NCBI GenBank assembly: GCA_965230935.1 | Contig: OZ246400.1 | Location: 758,359-822,358, forward strand | Reading direction: 5' to 3' | DNA length: 64,000 nucleotides | DNA from: an uncultured Gammaproteobacteria bacterium | Lineage (GTDB): Bacteria; Patescibacteriota; Patescibacteriia; Magasanikbacterales; JBBTQS01 | In this document: piece after piece, positions 1-8,805 of the stretch | Position numbering within the stretch: the first letter of the stretch is position 1 | How the letters are laid out: each line of letters opens with the position of its first letter | Position numbers and translations under genes: made by a program | Notes under the pieces: model-generated | The model's database searches: none | What the model was told of the DNA's origin: nothing | The model's input: only the letters and a program-made list of their open reading frames with translations

Positions 1-3
1 ATT

Positions 4-3000
4 ATGTCAGAGGCAATTGATGAGTCTACCGTTACCACAAGTAACGTAACACTGATTAAACAAGGTGGGGGTTCTAACTTATGTGATTCAGCAACACTCA
101 CCGCTACCACAACCATTAATTGTGGGTTGACTGCCGAACTTGAGACAAGCTCGACATATACCTTTACGCTTACCACTGGGATTACTGATGTTGTAGGAAA
201 CGCACTCGCATCTAATCAAACCTATACCTTTACTACAGGAGAGTTTGATCAAAATTCACAACAAACAATCAAACCATCTATTGTTGCTACTTCACCAGTC
301 GCAGGTGCAACAAATATTGGTACCAACCAAATTATTATTATTGAATTTGATAGTAATGCAAGTATGACAACATCCGGTGCCAATGGTTTGTTTGGCATGG
401 GAAACGTGACGCTCAAAGCGCTAGATGGGGGTGGTGCGCCAACAGGAAGTAATTTGTTGACTTGTACTGATGTAAGTACTAGTTGTAACTTTATGTACTC
501 ACCAGGAGCAAGTGGGAGTGAGGGTGATGAAGAAACGGCAGGTGAGAACCGACTGTACTTGCGACCAGGAAAAAATATTGCCCAGGATATTACTGCTGAT
601 CTTGGTACCGCGCTCTCAGCGAACACATCATATCAGCTCCGTATTGAAAGTGCGGTGCAATCAACCAACGGAGTTGGGCTTGGAGAAGATTTCATTCTGA
701 AGTTCAGCACAGGATCTGGTGCAGATAGCACTGGGCCAAGTGTACTTTCAAGTTTTCCTGCAAACAATGCGACCAATGTTTCTCCTACGGTAGCAGTGGA
801 GGGAATTCAAGTAACTATGAACGAACCATTATATGGGTCAAGTGTGGCTACCACTAGTGTAGCATTGCACGTTGACACCAATGATAGTGGATCTTTTGAT
901 GTTGGTACTGATGCATTAGTACAAACAAATGTTGCGTATGATTCCGGATCAAATACTATCCAGATCGCAGGTGAGGCATTGCTGGCAACAAACAAAAAGC
1001 ACTTCATTGTAATGAAGCCAGATGCCGTCAAAGATGCATCCTTGAATGCAATTGATTCTGAGACAAGCACCATGACTTCTTATCTTGCATTTACGACCGT
1101 ATCAAGTTATTCAGACAGTACCAAGCCAACAATTTTGTATGCGGAGGCCGGCAACTTCCAAGTGGTACTCAAAATGAGTGAGCCAATGGATTCAAATACC
1201 ATTAGCTCATCAACCGTAACACTCGAGAGCCCGGTAGGAACAACCTATACGTTCCAAGGAAATGACCCTACGCAGATTGATAGTCAAACCTTTGCCGTCG
1301 AAGGAAATAACATTGTCTTGAGTAACTTACTATTAAGCTCAGGATCGATTGTAAAAGTTACGGTAACTTCGACTGCAGCTGATCTTTCTGGAAATGTAAT
1401 GGATCCTGCAGTTGCAAATCATGTTGCACAAGCAACTGTTGTTAATATGCAAACTGCTGGTGCAGACTTTTTGGCCGAAGGTATGGCTGGAACAGTTGAT
1501 TATGCTGCCATGTGGGAATCCCCGGTTGAGATAATGCCGGAACGTGGAATTGCAGGTCAGACGAGTCGGTACCGAGTTACGTTTGAGCCAACACAAGCAA
1601 TTCCATCAGGTGGGCAGATTATGCTTGATATGCCAAAAGCAGCTGGTATGGATTTGAGCAATGCTGCTGCGGTGGGGGTCGGTCAATCATTTGCGAATAC
1701 GGATTTAAACGGATTGTATGATGCCAATCAAACAACCCCAACGATTGCATCAGTAAGTGCAAGTGGTAACTTGATTATTGTAACGACAGGTGGTGCTGCA
1801 ATTGCCGCAAATGACCTAGTCAGTTTCGAACTTGAAGGAATTGTAAACCCTACTATTCCTCGTGATTACACTACCACTGGGTATGTGGCGAAGATTAAAA
1901 CAAAAAATGATTCCGGAGTGCTTTTGGAAAGTTTAAGTGCAATGCCGTTCTTTATCAATGCTGCCGGAAGCCGATCAGTTTCTGGAACTGTATTTAATGA
2001 TAACGGTGCTGGCGCTGGTACCGCAGGGAACAATGTCCAAGATGGGAGTGAATCAGGAATTGAAGGTGTGGAGGTGTGGCTTGATGGTCCGTCGGGATTT
2101 TATAGTGCCTATACTGATGGAAGTGGTGATTATACTTTTAGCAGCTTGCTCGATGGAAGCTATGGTGTTTCTTTGGCCATGGTTTCAAGTACCATTGGTG
2201 GATCAAGTTATGTACCAACTTGTGGTTGGGAGCATGCTAATGTAAATGGCGGTAATGCCACCAATAAAGATCTAGCAATGCGCGGTACCACACAAGAGCT
2301 AACCGTTAATATTAGCGGCGGGCCAGCAAGTGCCAAAGTTGATGTGCGTGCGTTTAATTCATCATCCAGTTGTGGTGGAGGAGATAATGTTCGCGAAGTA
2401 ACCCTTAATGGAAGTGGTGCAGGGAGTGCAACCATGCCAGTATATGAAGGTGAATGGGAAGTTATCATTGAGCCATGGATGCCAAAGTTTGGGAACGCAG
2501 AATTTATGATGCCAGACTATGACTTTAGTATTCCAAAACCACAAGCAGTAACTGTGGCAAGTGCAGGAAATCCAGATGCGATCGCGTTTGCACTCAAGAC
2601 CTCAAACCAAACGATTAATGGTCAAGTACAAGACGGCTCAGATAATGGTATTGCCAATGTGTTTATTGTGGCACGTCCGGCAAAAGCATTTGACACCAGT
2701 GGAAATGACCTTGACGTTTCAAGTTCATATTCACAAACTCAAGCCGACGGAAGTTTTAACTTGAACGTAAACCCGGGTATGTGGCTTATTGAAGCACATG
2801 GGAAAGGTATTCCAAGTGCAGCACCAATGCAAGTAGAGGTGTATGCTGATACTGGCAACTCTGGTACTGATAATAATGCTAATGCTGATGTCTATGTTGA
2901 TGGAGCTTTGGTAACCGCAATGGGAGGAATTACCATTAAACTCGCAAAAGCAGGGCAGGTTATTCAAGGAAAGATTTTGGACGAAAATGGTAATGCGATT

Positions 3001-5622
3001 GATGGATTTGTGTGGGCAGACATGGTAGACGAGAGTGGTAATGTAACCGCCCCAGGACCAGGGACACCAACCGATGATGGCACCTACGCGTTGTATGTTG
3101 AATCAGGAGGATATGAAGTTAAGGCGCATGCTCCTGGATATGGTGAATTTGCAGCAGTTGCAGTGAATGTAGTTGATGGTGAGGACTCAACTGGTGTGAA
3201 CTTTCAAGCAGATACTGCAGATTTTGGAACCGTCACTGGTCAAGTGACCAAAAATGGAACTGCAGTTTCTGGTGCCCATGTATTTATCTTTGGACAAAAT
3301 GGTGGGAACATGGGAGTCACTGACGATAGTGGAAATTTCAGCCTAAATGTTAATGCTGGAGCAGGGTATACGATTGAAGGTTTTGTGCCAGGTTCTGGTC
3401 CATTATCTCCACTCACCAGTGTGACGGTGACTGCCGGCCAGACCAATAGTGGAAATAATCTTTCGATGGGTGCAACCGGTACGATTGAAGTGACCCTTGG
3501 TGCCGATTACTTTGTGAGTGCCTTTGATAGTAGTGGGCTTGGTGATGGTACGAACAAACGCGTAAGTGGTAAGTACACACTCACTTTGCCAGCAGGCACC
3601 TATACATTGCGTGCATTCCATCCGGCACAAGGAGAAGTACTCAACAAATCAGTGACCGTTACTGCAGGAGAGACTACTGCTGAGTCTCCAACTGAAGCAA
3701 CTACATATGCAGTGACCGGACGTATTTTGGTAAGCGGATCAAATGCCTCTGGTGCAACTGTACTCTTTATTGATGAGGACAACGGTCGTGTGGTCACCGC
3801 AGTGAGTGATACCACCAGTGGTGCCAGTGATAACACATCAGCATCATTACCTGACGGAACGTACAAAGTACTGAGTACCAAAGCAGGATATGTTGATGAT
3901 GCTGATGCAGAAACCGTTACGGTTTCTGGTGGAGCAACCACCTTTACCAGTCGCACCCTTGAGCTTGCAGCCGCAGCGGTTGCTGGGAGTGTGACGTTAA
4001 ATAGTGCTAACACTACTGTTGAGACGCGTGTGGTGGCAACAAATGGTGACAAGATTGTAGTGGCAGATGTCGATACCACCGAAAACAGTGGTGATAACTA
4101 TAGCTTAAAACTCACCAACGGTACCTGGACACTCAAAGCACGTGGTGATGGATATGAATCCGCAGAAACCGTAGTAGTCGTAAGTGGTGGTAGTCCTGAC
4201 CAATCAGACGTTGACTTCACGCTTAGCGCAATCTCCGGCTATACTGCAGTCGAAGCAAAAGTAGCCAGTGTTACCCCATCAGTTGGTGGTGTGGTTAAGA
4301 ATGACGATCTTGGCGATGATTTTGCCCTGAACCTTAATGCAAATAACTTAGGAAGTGATTCAAGTGCTGGGTCAGTAAAAACAAAGAAGAATGCGGCGTT
4401 GATTGATACTGCTAGTGGAAGTGTGCTGGGCGGATTTGGATACTCCATTACTCCACTTGATGCCAATGGAAATAAGATTACCGATGTTTCTGGTACTGAG
4501 CAGCCAACCATCACTCTTCCGATTGACACCTCTGCAGTTTCATCAGCAAGCGCAGACAAAGATAAGCTGCAAATTGGTGTGTGGGATACGTCACTTAATG
4601 ATTGGACATTGCTTGCGACTACTGTAGATTCTACAAACAACACTATGACCGCAAGTGTTCCTCACTTCTCAGATTTCGCGCCAATTATTCCTCCAGGAGG
4701 CACGGTGGCTGCGACAGCAAACACCAACGGTGGTAGTGGTGGGAGTATCAAGGCGCGACCAAGTTCACCAACCGAATTCTACATCGTTGATGTAGGAGAT
4801 GGGAAGAATGCGACTTTGCATTGGGACGCTCATACACATTGGAGTATTGCTAACTATGTAGTATATCGTTCAACAGATGGACAGGATTTTGGAGAGATTG
4901 CATTGGTGCCGGTGCCAGATACTGAATATGCCATTGATGATTTGGTAGAGGGTGAAACGTATTATTATGCAGTAGCTGCCCGTCGAGAGAATGGTGTTGA
5001 GTCTCTAGTCACCGTTCCAATTAAATTGCTCGCAGAAGTACGATACGAAGAAAAGATTCTAAGTGAAGGCGACAGCGAAATTAATGTTGAAGAAATTTCA
5101 GCACCAGCACCAGAAGTAACCGAAGAAGATCTTGTTGCTGATGAGGAAACAGATCAAGATCAAGTTCCGGAAGTAACCGAAGAAGTTGATGGTGATGAAC
5201 CAGCAGATGAACCAACTCTAGAAGAGCTTGCAGAAGAAAAGCAAGAAAAAGCGAAAAAGATTGTGACGCGAGCAGCTCAAGAGTTTAAGCGCATCTTTGG
5301 GCGCGACGCAACTTCTGAGGCTGACAAATCAGATTTGGCACTGATCGAACAAGGTCAGCGACCAGAACAGCGTAATGAAGCAGCAGAAAAACTCGCACGT
5401 AAGGTTTTTGACATGGTATTGCACATTGTTCCAACGAATGAGTTCCATGACGAGATGATTGACATGATTGCCTACGGTGGTCCGGTTGATCAGCGCAACT
5501 TAAATCGTGAGCGACAAGGTATTGGTGTATTCGGTGGTGTATTCCGACGATTGCCTGATTCAACCTACGATTGGAACATCGTCCGATTTATCAGCTACTT
5601 TACGGAGATTGGAAAAGAATAA
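4..5622 (+). CDS. Giant secreted or cell-surface protein, probably truncated at its 5' end by the window edge. It has repetitive Thr/Ser/Gly/Asn-rich Ig-like/CarboxypepD_reg-like beta-sandwich repeats, an FN3-like module near residue 1600 and an acidic Glu/Asp-rich C-terminal region.
   Basis: 1872-aa ORF with low-complexity T/S/G/N composition and repeated VxGxVxDxxGNxIxxA-type motifs. The segment YIVDVGDGKNATLHWDAHTHWSIANYVVYRSTDGQDFGEIALVPVPDTEYAIDDLVEGETYYYAVAA matches the fibronectin type III pattern. No obvious N-terminal signal peptide is visible at the first Met, consistent with truncation. Confidence 0.7.
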   Translation: MSEAIDESTVTTSNVTLIKQGGGSNLCDSATLTATTTINCGLTAELETSSTYTFTLTTGITDVVGNALASNQTYTFTTGEFDQNSQQTIKPSIVATSPVAGATNIGTNQIIIIEFDSNASMTTSGANGLFGMGNVTLKALDGGGAPTGSNLLTCTDVSTSCNFMYSPGASGSEGDEETAGENRLYLRPGKNIAQDITADLGTALSANTSYQLRIESAVQSTNGVGLGEDFILKFSTGSGADSTGPSVLSSFPANNATNVSPTVAVEGIQVTMNEPLYGSSVATTSVALHVDTNDSGSFDVGTDALVQTNVAYDSGSNTIQIAGEALLATNKKHFIVMKPDAVKDASLNAIDSETSTMTSYLAFTTVSSYSDSTKPTILYAEAGNFQVVLKMSEPMDSNTISSSTVTLESPVGTTYTFQGNDPTQIDSQTFAVEGNNIVLSNLLLSSGSIVKVTVTSTAADLSGNVMDPAVANHVAQATVVNMQTAGADFLAEGMAGTVDYAAMWESPVEIMPERGIAGQTSRYRVTFEPTQAIPSGGQIMLDMPKAAGMDLSNAAAVGVGQSFANTDLNGLYDANQTTPTIASVSASGNLIIVTTGGAAIAANDLVSFELEGIVNPTIPRDYTTTGYVAKIKTKNDSGVLLESLSAMPFFINAAGSRSVSGTVFNDNGAGAGTAGNNVQDGSESGIEGVEVWLDGPSGFYSAYTDGSGDYTFSSLLDGSYGVSLAMVSSTIGGSSYVPTCGWEHANVNGGNATNKDLAMRGTTQELTVNISGGPASAKVDVRAFNSSSSCGGGDNVREVTLNGSGAGSATMPVYEGEWEVIIEPWMPKFGNAEFMMPDYDFSIPKPQAVTVASAGNPDAIAFALKTSNQTINGQVQDGSDNGIANVFIVARPAKAFDTSGNDLDVSSSYSQTQADGSFNLNVNPGMWLIEAHGKGIPSAAPMQVEVYADTGNSGTDNNANADVYVDGALVTAMGGITIKLAKAGQVIQGKILDENGNAIDGFVWADMVDESGNVTAPGPGTPTDDGTYALYVESGGYEVKAHAPGYGEFAAVAVNVVDGEDSTGVNFQADTADFGTVTGQVTKNGTAVSGAHVFIFGQNGGNMGVTDDSGNFSLNVNAGAGYTIEGFVPGSGPLSPLTSVTVTAGQTNSGNNLSMGATGTIEVTLGADYFVSAFDSSGLGDGTNKRVSGKYTLTLPAGTYTLRAFHPAQGEVLNKSVTVTAGETTAESPTEATTYAVTGRILVSGSNASGATVLFIDEDNGRVVTAVSDTTSGASDNTSASLPDGTYKVLSTKAGYVDDADAETVTVSGGATTFTSRTLELAAAAVAGSVTLNSANTTVETRVVATNGDKIVVADVDTTENSGDNYSLKLTNGTWTLKARGDGYESAETVVVVSGGSPDQSDVDFTLSAISGYTAVEAKVASVTPSVGGVVKNDDLGDDFALNLNANNLGSDSSAGSVKTKKNAALIDTASGSVLGGFGYSITPLDANGNKITDVSGTEQPTITLPIDTSAVSSASADKDKLQIGVWDTSLNDWTLLATTVDSTNNTMTASVPHFSDFAPIIPPGGTVAATANTNGGSGGSIKARPSSPTEFYIVDVGDGKNATLHWDAHTHWSIANYVVYRSTDGQDFGEIALVPVPDTEYAIDDLVEGETYYYAVAARRENGVESLVTVPIKLLAEVRYEEKILSEGDSEINVEEISAPAPEVTEEDLVADEETDQDQVPEVTEEVDGDEPADEPTLEELAEEKQEKAKKIVTRAAQEFKRIFGRDATSEADKSDLALIEQGQRPEQRNEAAEKLARKVFDMVLHIVPTNEFHDEMIDMIAYGGPVDQRNLNRERQGIGVFGGVFRRLPDSTYDWNIVRFISYFTEIGKE

Positions 5623-5675
5623 GATAAGATTGGTACAGTAGTACCCGACGACAGATAAACAATAGAGATGGTTTT

Positions 5676-5704
5676 CGCAGCGCCTGCTTCCAGCAGGCGC
5701 TGTT
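5676..5704 (+). terminator. Intrinsic terminator after the giant surface-protein gene
   Basis: Hairpin CAGCGCCTGC-TTCC-AGCAGGCGCTG followed by TTT. Confidence 0.5.
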
Positions 5705-5718
5705 TAGGTATTGGATTC

Positions 5719-5747
5719 TTGACAGATGCGAAGACATGCGGTATGGT
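5719..5747 (+). promoter_or_regulatory. Sigma70-like promoter driving tRNA-fMet
   Basis: TTGACA (5719-5724), a 17-nt spacer, then TATGGT (5742-5747); the tRNA starts about 15 nt downstream. Confidence 0.55.
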
Positions 5748-5762
5748 GATCACGCATTCAAT

Positions 5763-5836
5763 CGCGGGATAGAGCAATTGGCAGCTCGCCAGGCCCATAA
5801 CCTGGAGGTTGGGGGTTCGAGTCCCTCTCCCGCAAC
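5763..5836 (+). tRNA. tRNA-Met, anticodon CAT, with initiator (fMet) features
   Basis: Manual cloverleaf: acceptor stem CGCGGGA/TCCCGCA with a C1:A72 mismatch, D-stem GAGC/GCTC with A11:U24, anticodon stem CCAGG/CCTGG with loop CCCATAA (anticodon CAT), T-arm GGGGG-TTCGAGT-CCCTC and discriminator A. CCA is not encoded. Confidence 0.8.
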
Positions 5837-5854
5837 ATATATACATATATCAGA

Positions 5855-5886
5855 AGACCACAGCGTCAATGCTGTGGTCTTTTGGT
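5855..5886 (+). terminator. Intrinsic terminator after tRNA-fMet
   Basis: Perfect 10-bp stem AGACCACAGC / GCTGTGGTCT with loop GTCAAT, followed by TTTT. Confidence 0.7.
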
Positions 5887-5900
5887 TGTGTGTTGATTTG

Positions 5901-6596
5901 TCAGCGAGCGAGCGGGATCACGGCGCCACGTTCGATCTCCTCACGCGTCGGCGGCCAGGTGATGGCACCGGGGCAGCTCATGTCCTCGAATCCGCTGAGG
6001 CTGTTGTACAGATCGTGGGCGAACTGGTAGTTCGCGACCGAGACGTCGGTCGCGGTCCGTTCCTCAACAGTGCACGTCTGGTCGGTGGGCGGCGGATTGT
6101 CCGAGTCTGCGCACTCTTGATCGAACACACAGCCAGACCCAAACCTGTAGGCCCACTCCTTGATCGCGCACCGTTGCATGGCCCGCGACCAGTTGCACCA
6201 CTGGGGTGAGGGGTCTTGCGGGTGATACTCCTGGATCGAGAAGTAGAAGGTCGCCCAGACCAGCTCGTAGAGGAGCTCCCGGAGCTTCGGGTTCTTGGTC
6301 TTGAGGATCTTGCCCGGCGGATGTTTTTTGCCGGTCTCCTCGTCCACCTTGTGGCCCATGGTGAAAGCCACCATGCTGGTGTAGGATCGACGCACTACGG
6401 CGCCGACCACGTGGTTGAGGATGTTGCGATCGGCCTTGCTCAGCGACGTGTACTCGATGCCGGCATGCTGCAGAATCCGCTCCTGCAGCGCGGACTTGGC
6501 CTGTCGGTACTCGGCGCTACCGCGCTTGGGGGGTTTGGCCAGCGCGCCGTTGCTGAGCAGCGCGCATACAATGAACAAAAGAATAGTGCGGGGCAC
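5901..6596 (-). CDS. GC-rich secreted Cys-rich hypothetical protein with an N-terminal signal peptide; probably starts at GTG
   Basis: The ORF is about 62% GC against a backbone of about 45% GC. An in-frame GTG at 6596 is preceded by AAGGAG with a 5-nt spacer, which gives a classic signal peptide (PRTILLFIVCALLSNGALA). The longer ATG-initiated ORF (to 6647) adds 17 residues that do not look like a signal. The mature part is Cys-rich. No family was recognised. Confidence 0.65.
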   Translation of the reverse strand: MPRTILLFIVCALLSNGALAKPPKRGSAEYRQAKSALQERILQHAGIEYTSLSKADRNILNHVVGAVVRRSYTSMVAFTMGHKVDEETGKKHPPGKILKTKNPKLRELLYELVWATFYFSIQEYHPQDPSPQWCNWSRAMQRCAIKEWAYRFGSGCVFDQECADSDNPPPTDQTCTVEERTATDVSVANYQFAHDLYNSLSGFEDMSCPGAITWPPTREEIERGAVIPLAR

Positions 6597-6714
6597 GAGA
6601 TCTCCTTGGTCGGGGTGCGAATGAGTCGTGCACCAGGTGGAATGCACTCTGGTGCTCGACTGTCCTGACGCTATACTATTGTAACGGTTTTGTCAAGGAG
6701 ACAGGCACCTTTGC

Positions 6715-7143
6715 ATGTTTAGAAACGCTAGGGTACAATCTATGTGTTCACACCCTATGACAAATGGTTTGAGAAAATTTACTGTTGGCACGCTATTGGT
6801 GATATATGCGGCTTTTAGTTTTCCGATTTTTGGTCATGCCGCTACCATGACTACGCATAGCATGCCAATGCCTATGCATGAGCAGATGAATGGATGTGAT
6901 GATATGGGACAGTGTATGGGTACAGTTGGACAGGTAGCTGAGCAGGCGTGTATTGATCATTGTATTAGCGCAATACAACAATTCTCAGAACAAACAGCAC
7001 CAACTCTTTTTGCACTGATGATCGTGTTGTGCATGGTGGCAATGGCCTTTGCTCTTGTTCGAGCGATTCAGGTATTTGTCTCGTCCACCTATTGGCGCGG
7101 AAATTCATTACATCTTTTTACTACGATTCAATTATTAGAGTAG
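6715..7143 (+). CDS. Small Met/His/Cys-rich membrane protein, a putative copper-binding protein
   Basis: Met-rich motif HSMPMPMHEQM, a Cys cluster (GCDDMGQCMG, ACIDHCI) and a C-terminal TM helix. It lies immediately upstream of the copper ATPase/chaperone genes. Confidence 0.5.
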   Translation: MFRNARVQSMCSHPMTNGLRKFTVGTLLVIYAAFSFPIFGHAATMTTHSMPMPMHEQMNGCDDMGQCMGTVGQVAEQACIDHCISAIQQFSEQTAPTLFALMIVLCMVAMAFALVRAIQVFVSSTYWRGNSLHLFTTIQLLE

Positions 7144-7147
7144 CGCG

Positions 7148-7164
7148 TACTACATTGTGTAGTA
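7148..7164 (+). promoter_or_regulatory. Perfect inverted repeat TACTACA-TTG-TGTAGTA; candidate metalloregulator operator (cop-box-like TACAnnnTGTA) upstream of the copper cluster
   Basis: A 7-bp perfect arms palindrome sits 19 nt upstream of the 7183 start codon. The core TACA...TGTA resembles CopY-type operators. Confidence 0.4.
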
Positions 7165-7182
7165 ATTCATAACGCATACTCT

Positions 7183-8586
7183 ATGGCAAAGAAAACGCAA
7201 TCGTTTCAGATTGCAGGAATGACTTGCACGAGTTGTGAAGTCATTATTGAGCGAAAGCTCAAAAAAGTTGAAGGAGTGATTGATGCGCAGGTAACCCATT
7301 CCACTGGGCGATGTATTGTCACCACGGCATCAGGAAGTTACGTCAAGCGAGATCATATTATCGACGCTTTGGCAGATACCGAATACGCCTTTACCAATTC
7401 AGGACGCGACATTGATCGCCCAACCAGTTGGCGTAATCTCTTGAAAATCGGGGTCACGTTTATTGTGGTGTATATTGTTGCGACGCGTCTGGGGCTTCTT
7501 GCCTTTGATACGGCAATTGGGGACTCGATCAGTTATGCTGGTGCATTTGGCATTGGGCTAATTGCCTCAGTCTCCTCATGTATTGCAGTGGTTGGCGGGT
7601 TAGTACTCACGTTTACTGCTACCACAAAACGGTTGAATGAAGATGTCTCAAAGTGGCAGCTCTTTCGTGCCCACTTGTTCTTTAACAGTGGAAGGTTGCT
7701 TGGGTATTTTTTCCTAGGTGGTCTTGTAGCAATACTTGGTGCAGCAATAACGCCGTCATTACGAACCATGGGTTTGATCTCACTGGTTGCGGCGTTGGTA
7801 ATGGTGCTGCTTGCACTTGATCTTCTGGGATTAGGGGGCTCGAAAAAATGGATTCCGAGGATGCCAAAGAAATGGAGTCATTGGATTCATGATATAGCTG
7901 AACGAGGTGAGTGGTGGATTCCATTCTTACTTGGGGCATTAACGTTTTTTCTCCCATGTGGATTTACGCAATCCATGCAGTTGTATGCACTCACCACCGG
8001 AAGCTTTACTGAAGGTGCATTAACATTATTGTTTTTTGCACTTGGAACACTCCCTGCACTTTTGGGAATTGCCGCATTGGCAAGTGTGGCGTCTTCAAGA
8101 GGAAAAGCGTATCGGTGGTTTATGGTAGTTTCCGGTTGTATTGTATTACTCCTTGGGGTATATAATGTAAAAAACAGCATGAACTTACTTGGGATTAATG
8201 TACAAAGCTGGTTTTCCTCAGATGATGGTGTAGTGAATGTTCCGATTGCAGTAGCCCAGGGAGTACAGGTGGTAGACATGGCAGTATCAGGAATTGATTA
8301 TGTGCCAAGTAGAATCACGATTCAAAAAGGAGTTCCCGTACGGTGGGAAGTGGATGGTTCTGGTGCGGTAGGGTGTACTTCAGTGTTGGCGATTCCATCA
8401 CTTGGAATCTCTCGGCCACTTACGCGGACAGGAAAAACCGTTATCGAGTTTACGCCAACCAAGACCGGGAGACTGCCTTTTACTTGTGGGATGGGCATGG
8501 CCTATGGGGAGTTCACTGTGGTTGAAGCTGCGCCGAGTGCGCCAGTTGGATCAACCTGTAATTCACAAATACAAAGTTGTACATAA
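7183..8586 (+). CDS. HMA-domain (MTCxxC) polytopic membrane protein with a C-terminal cupredoxin-like domain; putative copper handling or transport protein
   Basis: N-terminal GMTCTSCEVIIE heavy-metal-associated motif, about 8 predicted TM helices including LPCGFTQSM, and a C-terminal beta-rich domain with GCTSVL...FTCGMGMAYGEF resembling a cupredoxin fold. Located in the cop cluster. Confidence 0.6.
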   Translation: MAKKTQSFQIAGMTCTSCEVIIERKLKKVEGVIDAQVTHSTGRCIVTTASGSYVKRDHIIDALADTEYAFTNSGRDIDRPTSWRNLLKIGVTFIVVYIVATRLGLLAFDTAIGDSISYAGAFGIGLIASVSSCIAVVGGLVLTFTATTKRLNEDVSKWQLFRAHLFFNSGRLLGYFFLGGLVAILGAAITPSLRTMGLISLVAALVMVLLALDLLGLGGSKKWIPRMPKKWSHWIHDIAERGEWWIPFLLGALTFFLPCGFTQSMQLYALTTGSFTEGALTLLFFALGTLPALLGIAALASVASSRGKAYRWFMVVSGCIVLLLGVYNVKNSMNLLGINVQSWFSSDDGVVNVPIAVAQGVQVVDMAVSGIDYVPSRITIQKGVPVRWEVDGSGAVGCTSVLAIPSLGISRPLTRTGKTVIEFTPTKTGRLPFTCGMGMAYGEFTVVEAAPSAPVGSTCNSQIQSCT

Positions 8587-8592
8587 CATACT

Positions 8593-8805
8593 ATGAAAAT
8601 CTATACGTATCGTATCGACGGTATGACCTGTCATGCGTGTGAATCCTTGATCACTATGGATTTGGAGGATGCAGGGTTACCAAAACCTGAATCGATTTCT
8701 GCTACAGCAGGAGAGGTCAAAATTGGTCTTGAAGAATCTCAAGTTGAATCAGTACGAGCGGCAATTGAATCAAGTGGGAAATACACGGTAACCAGCATCG
8801 TATGA
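8593..8805 (+). CDS. copZ: Copper chaperone CopZ-like HMA domain protein
   Basis: 70 aa with a GMTCHACE metal-binding motif; directly upstream of the P-type ATPase and overlapping it in ATGA fashion. Confidence 0.8.
   Translation: MKIYTYRIDGMTCHACESLITMDLEDAGLPKPESISATAGEVKIGLEESQVESVRAAIESSGKYTVTSIV

Noticed and set aside
249-5563. Numerous antisense or embedded ORFs of 60-160 aa inside the giant surface-protein gene (for example 249-626 minus, 3600-4079 minus).
   Set aside because: They lie inside a clearly coding frame and are low-complexity, which is typical shadow-ORF behaviour.
6600-6715. Searched for a direct repeat of the tRNA-fMet 3' end flanking the 5.9-6.6 kb GC-rich gene.
   Set aside because: Only a weak resemblance (CTCGACTGTCC) was found, so no bounded island is called.
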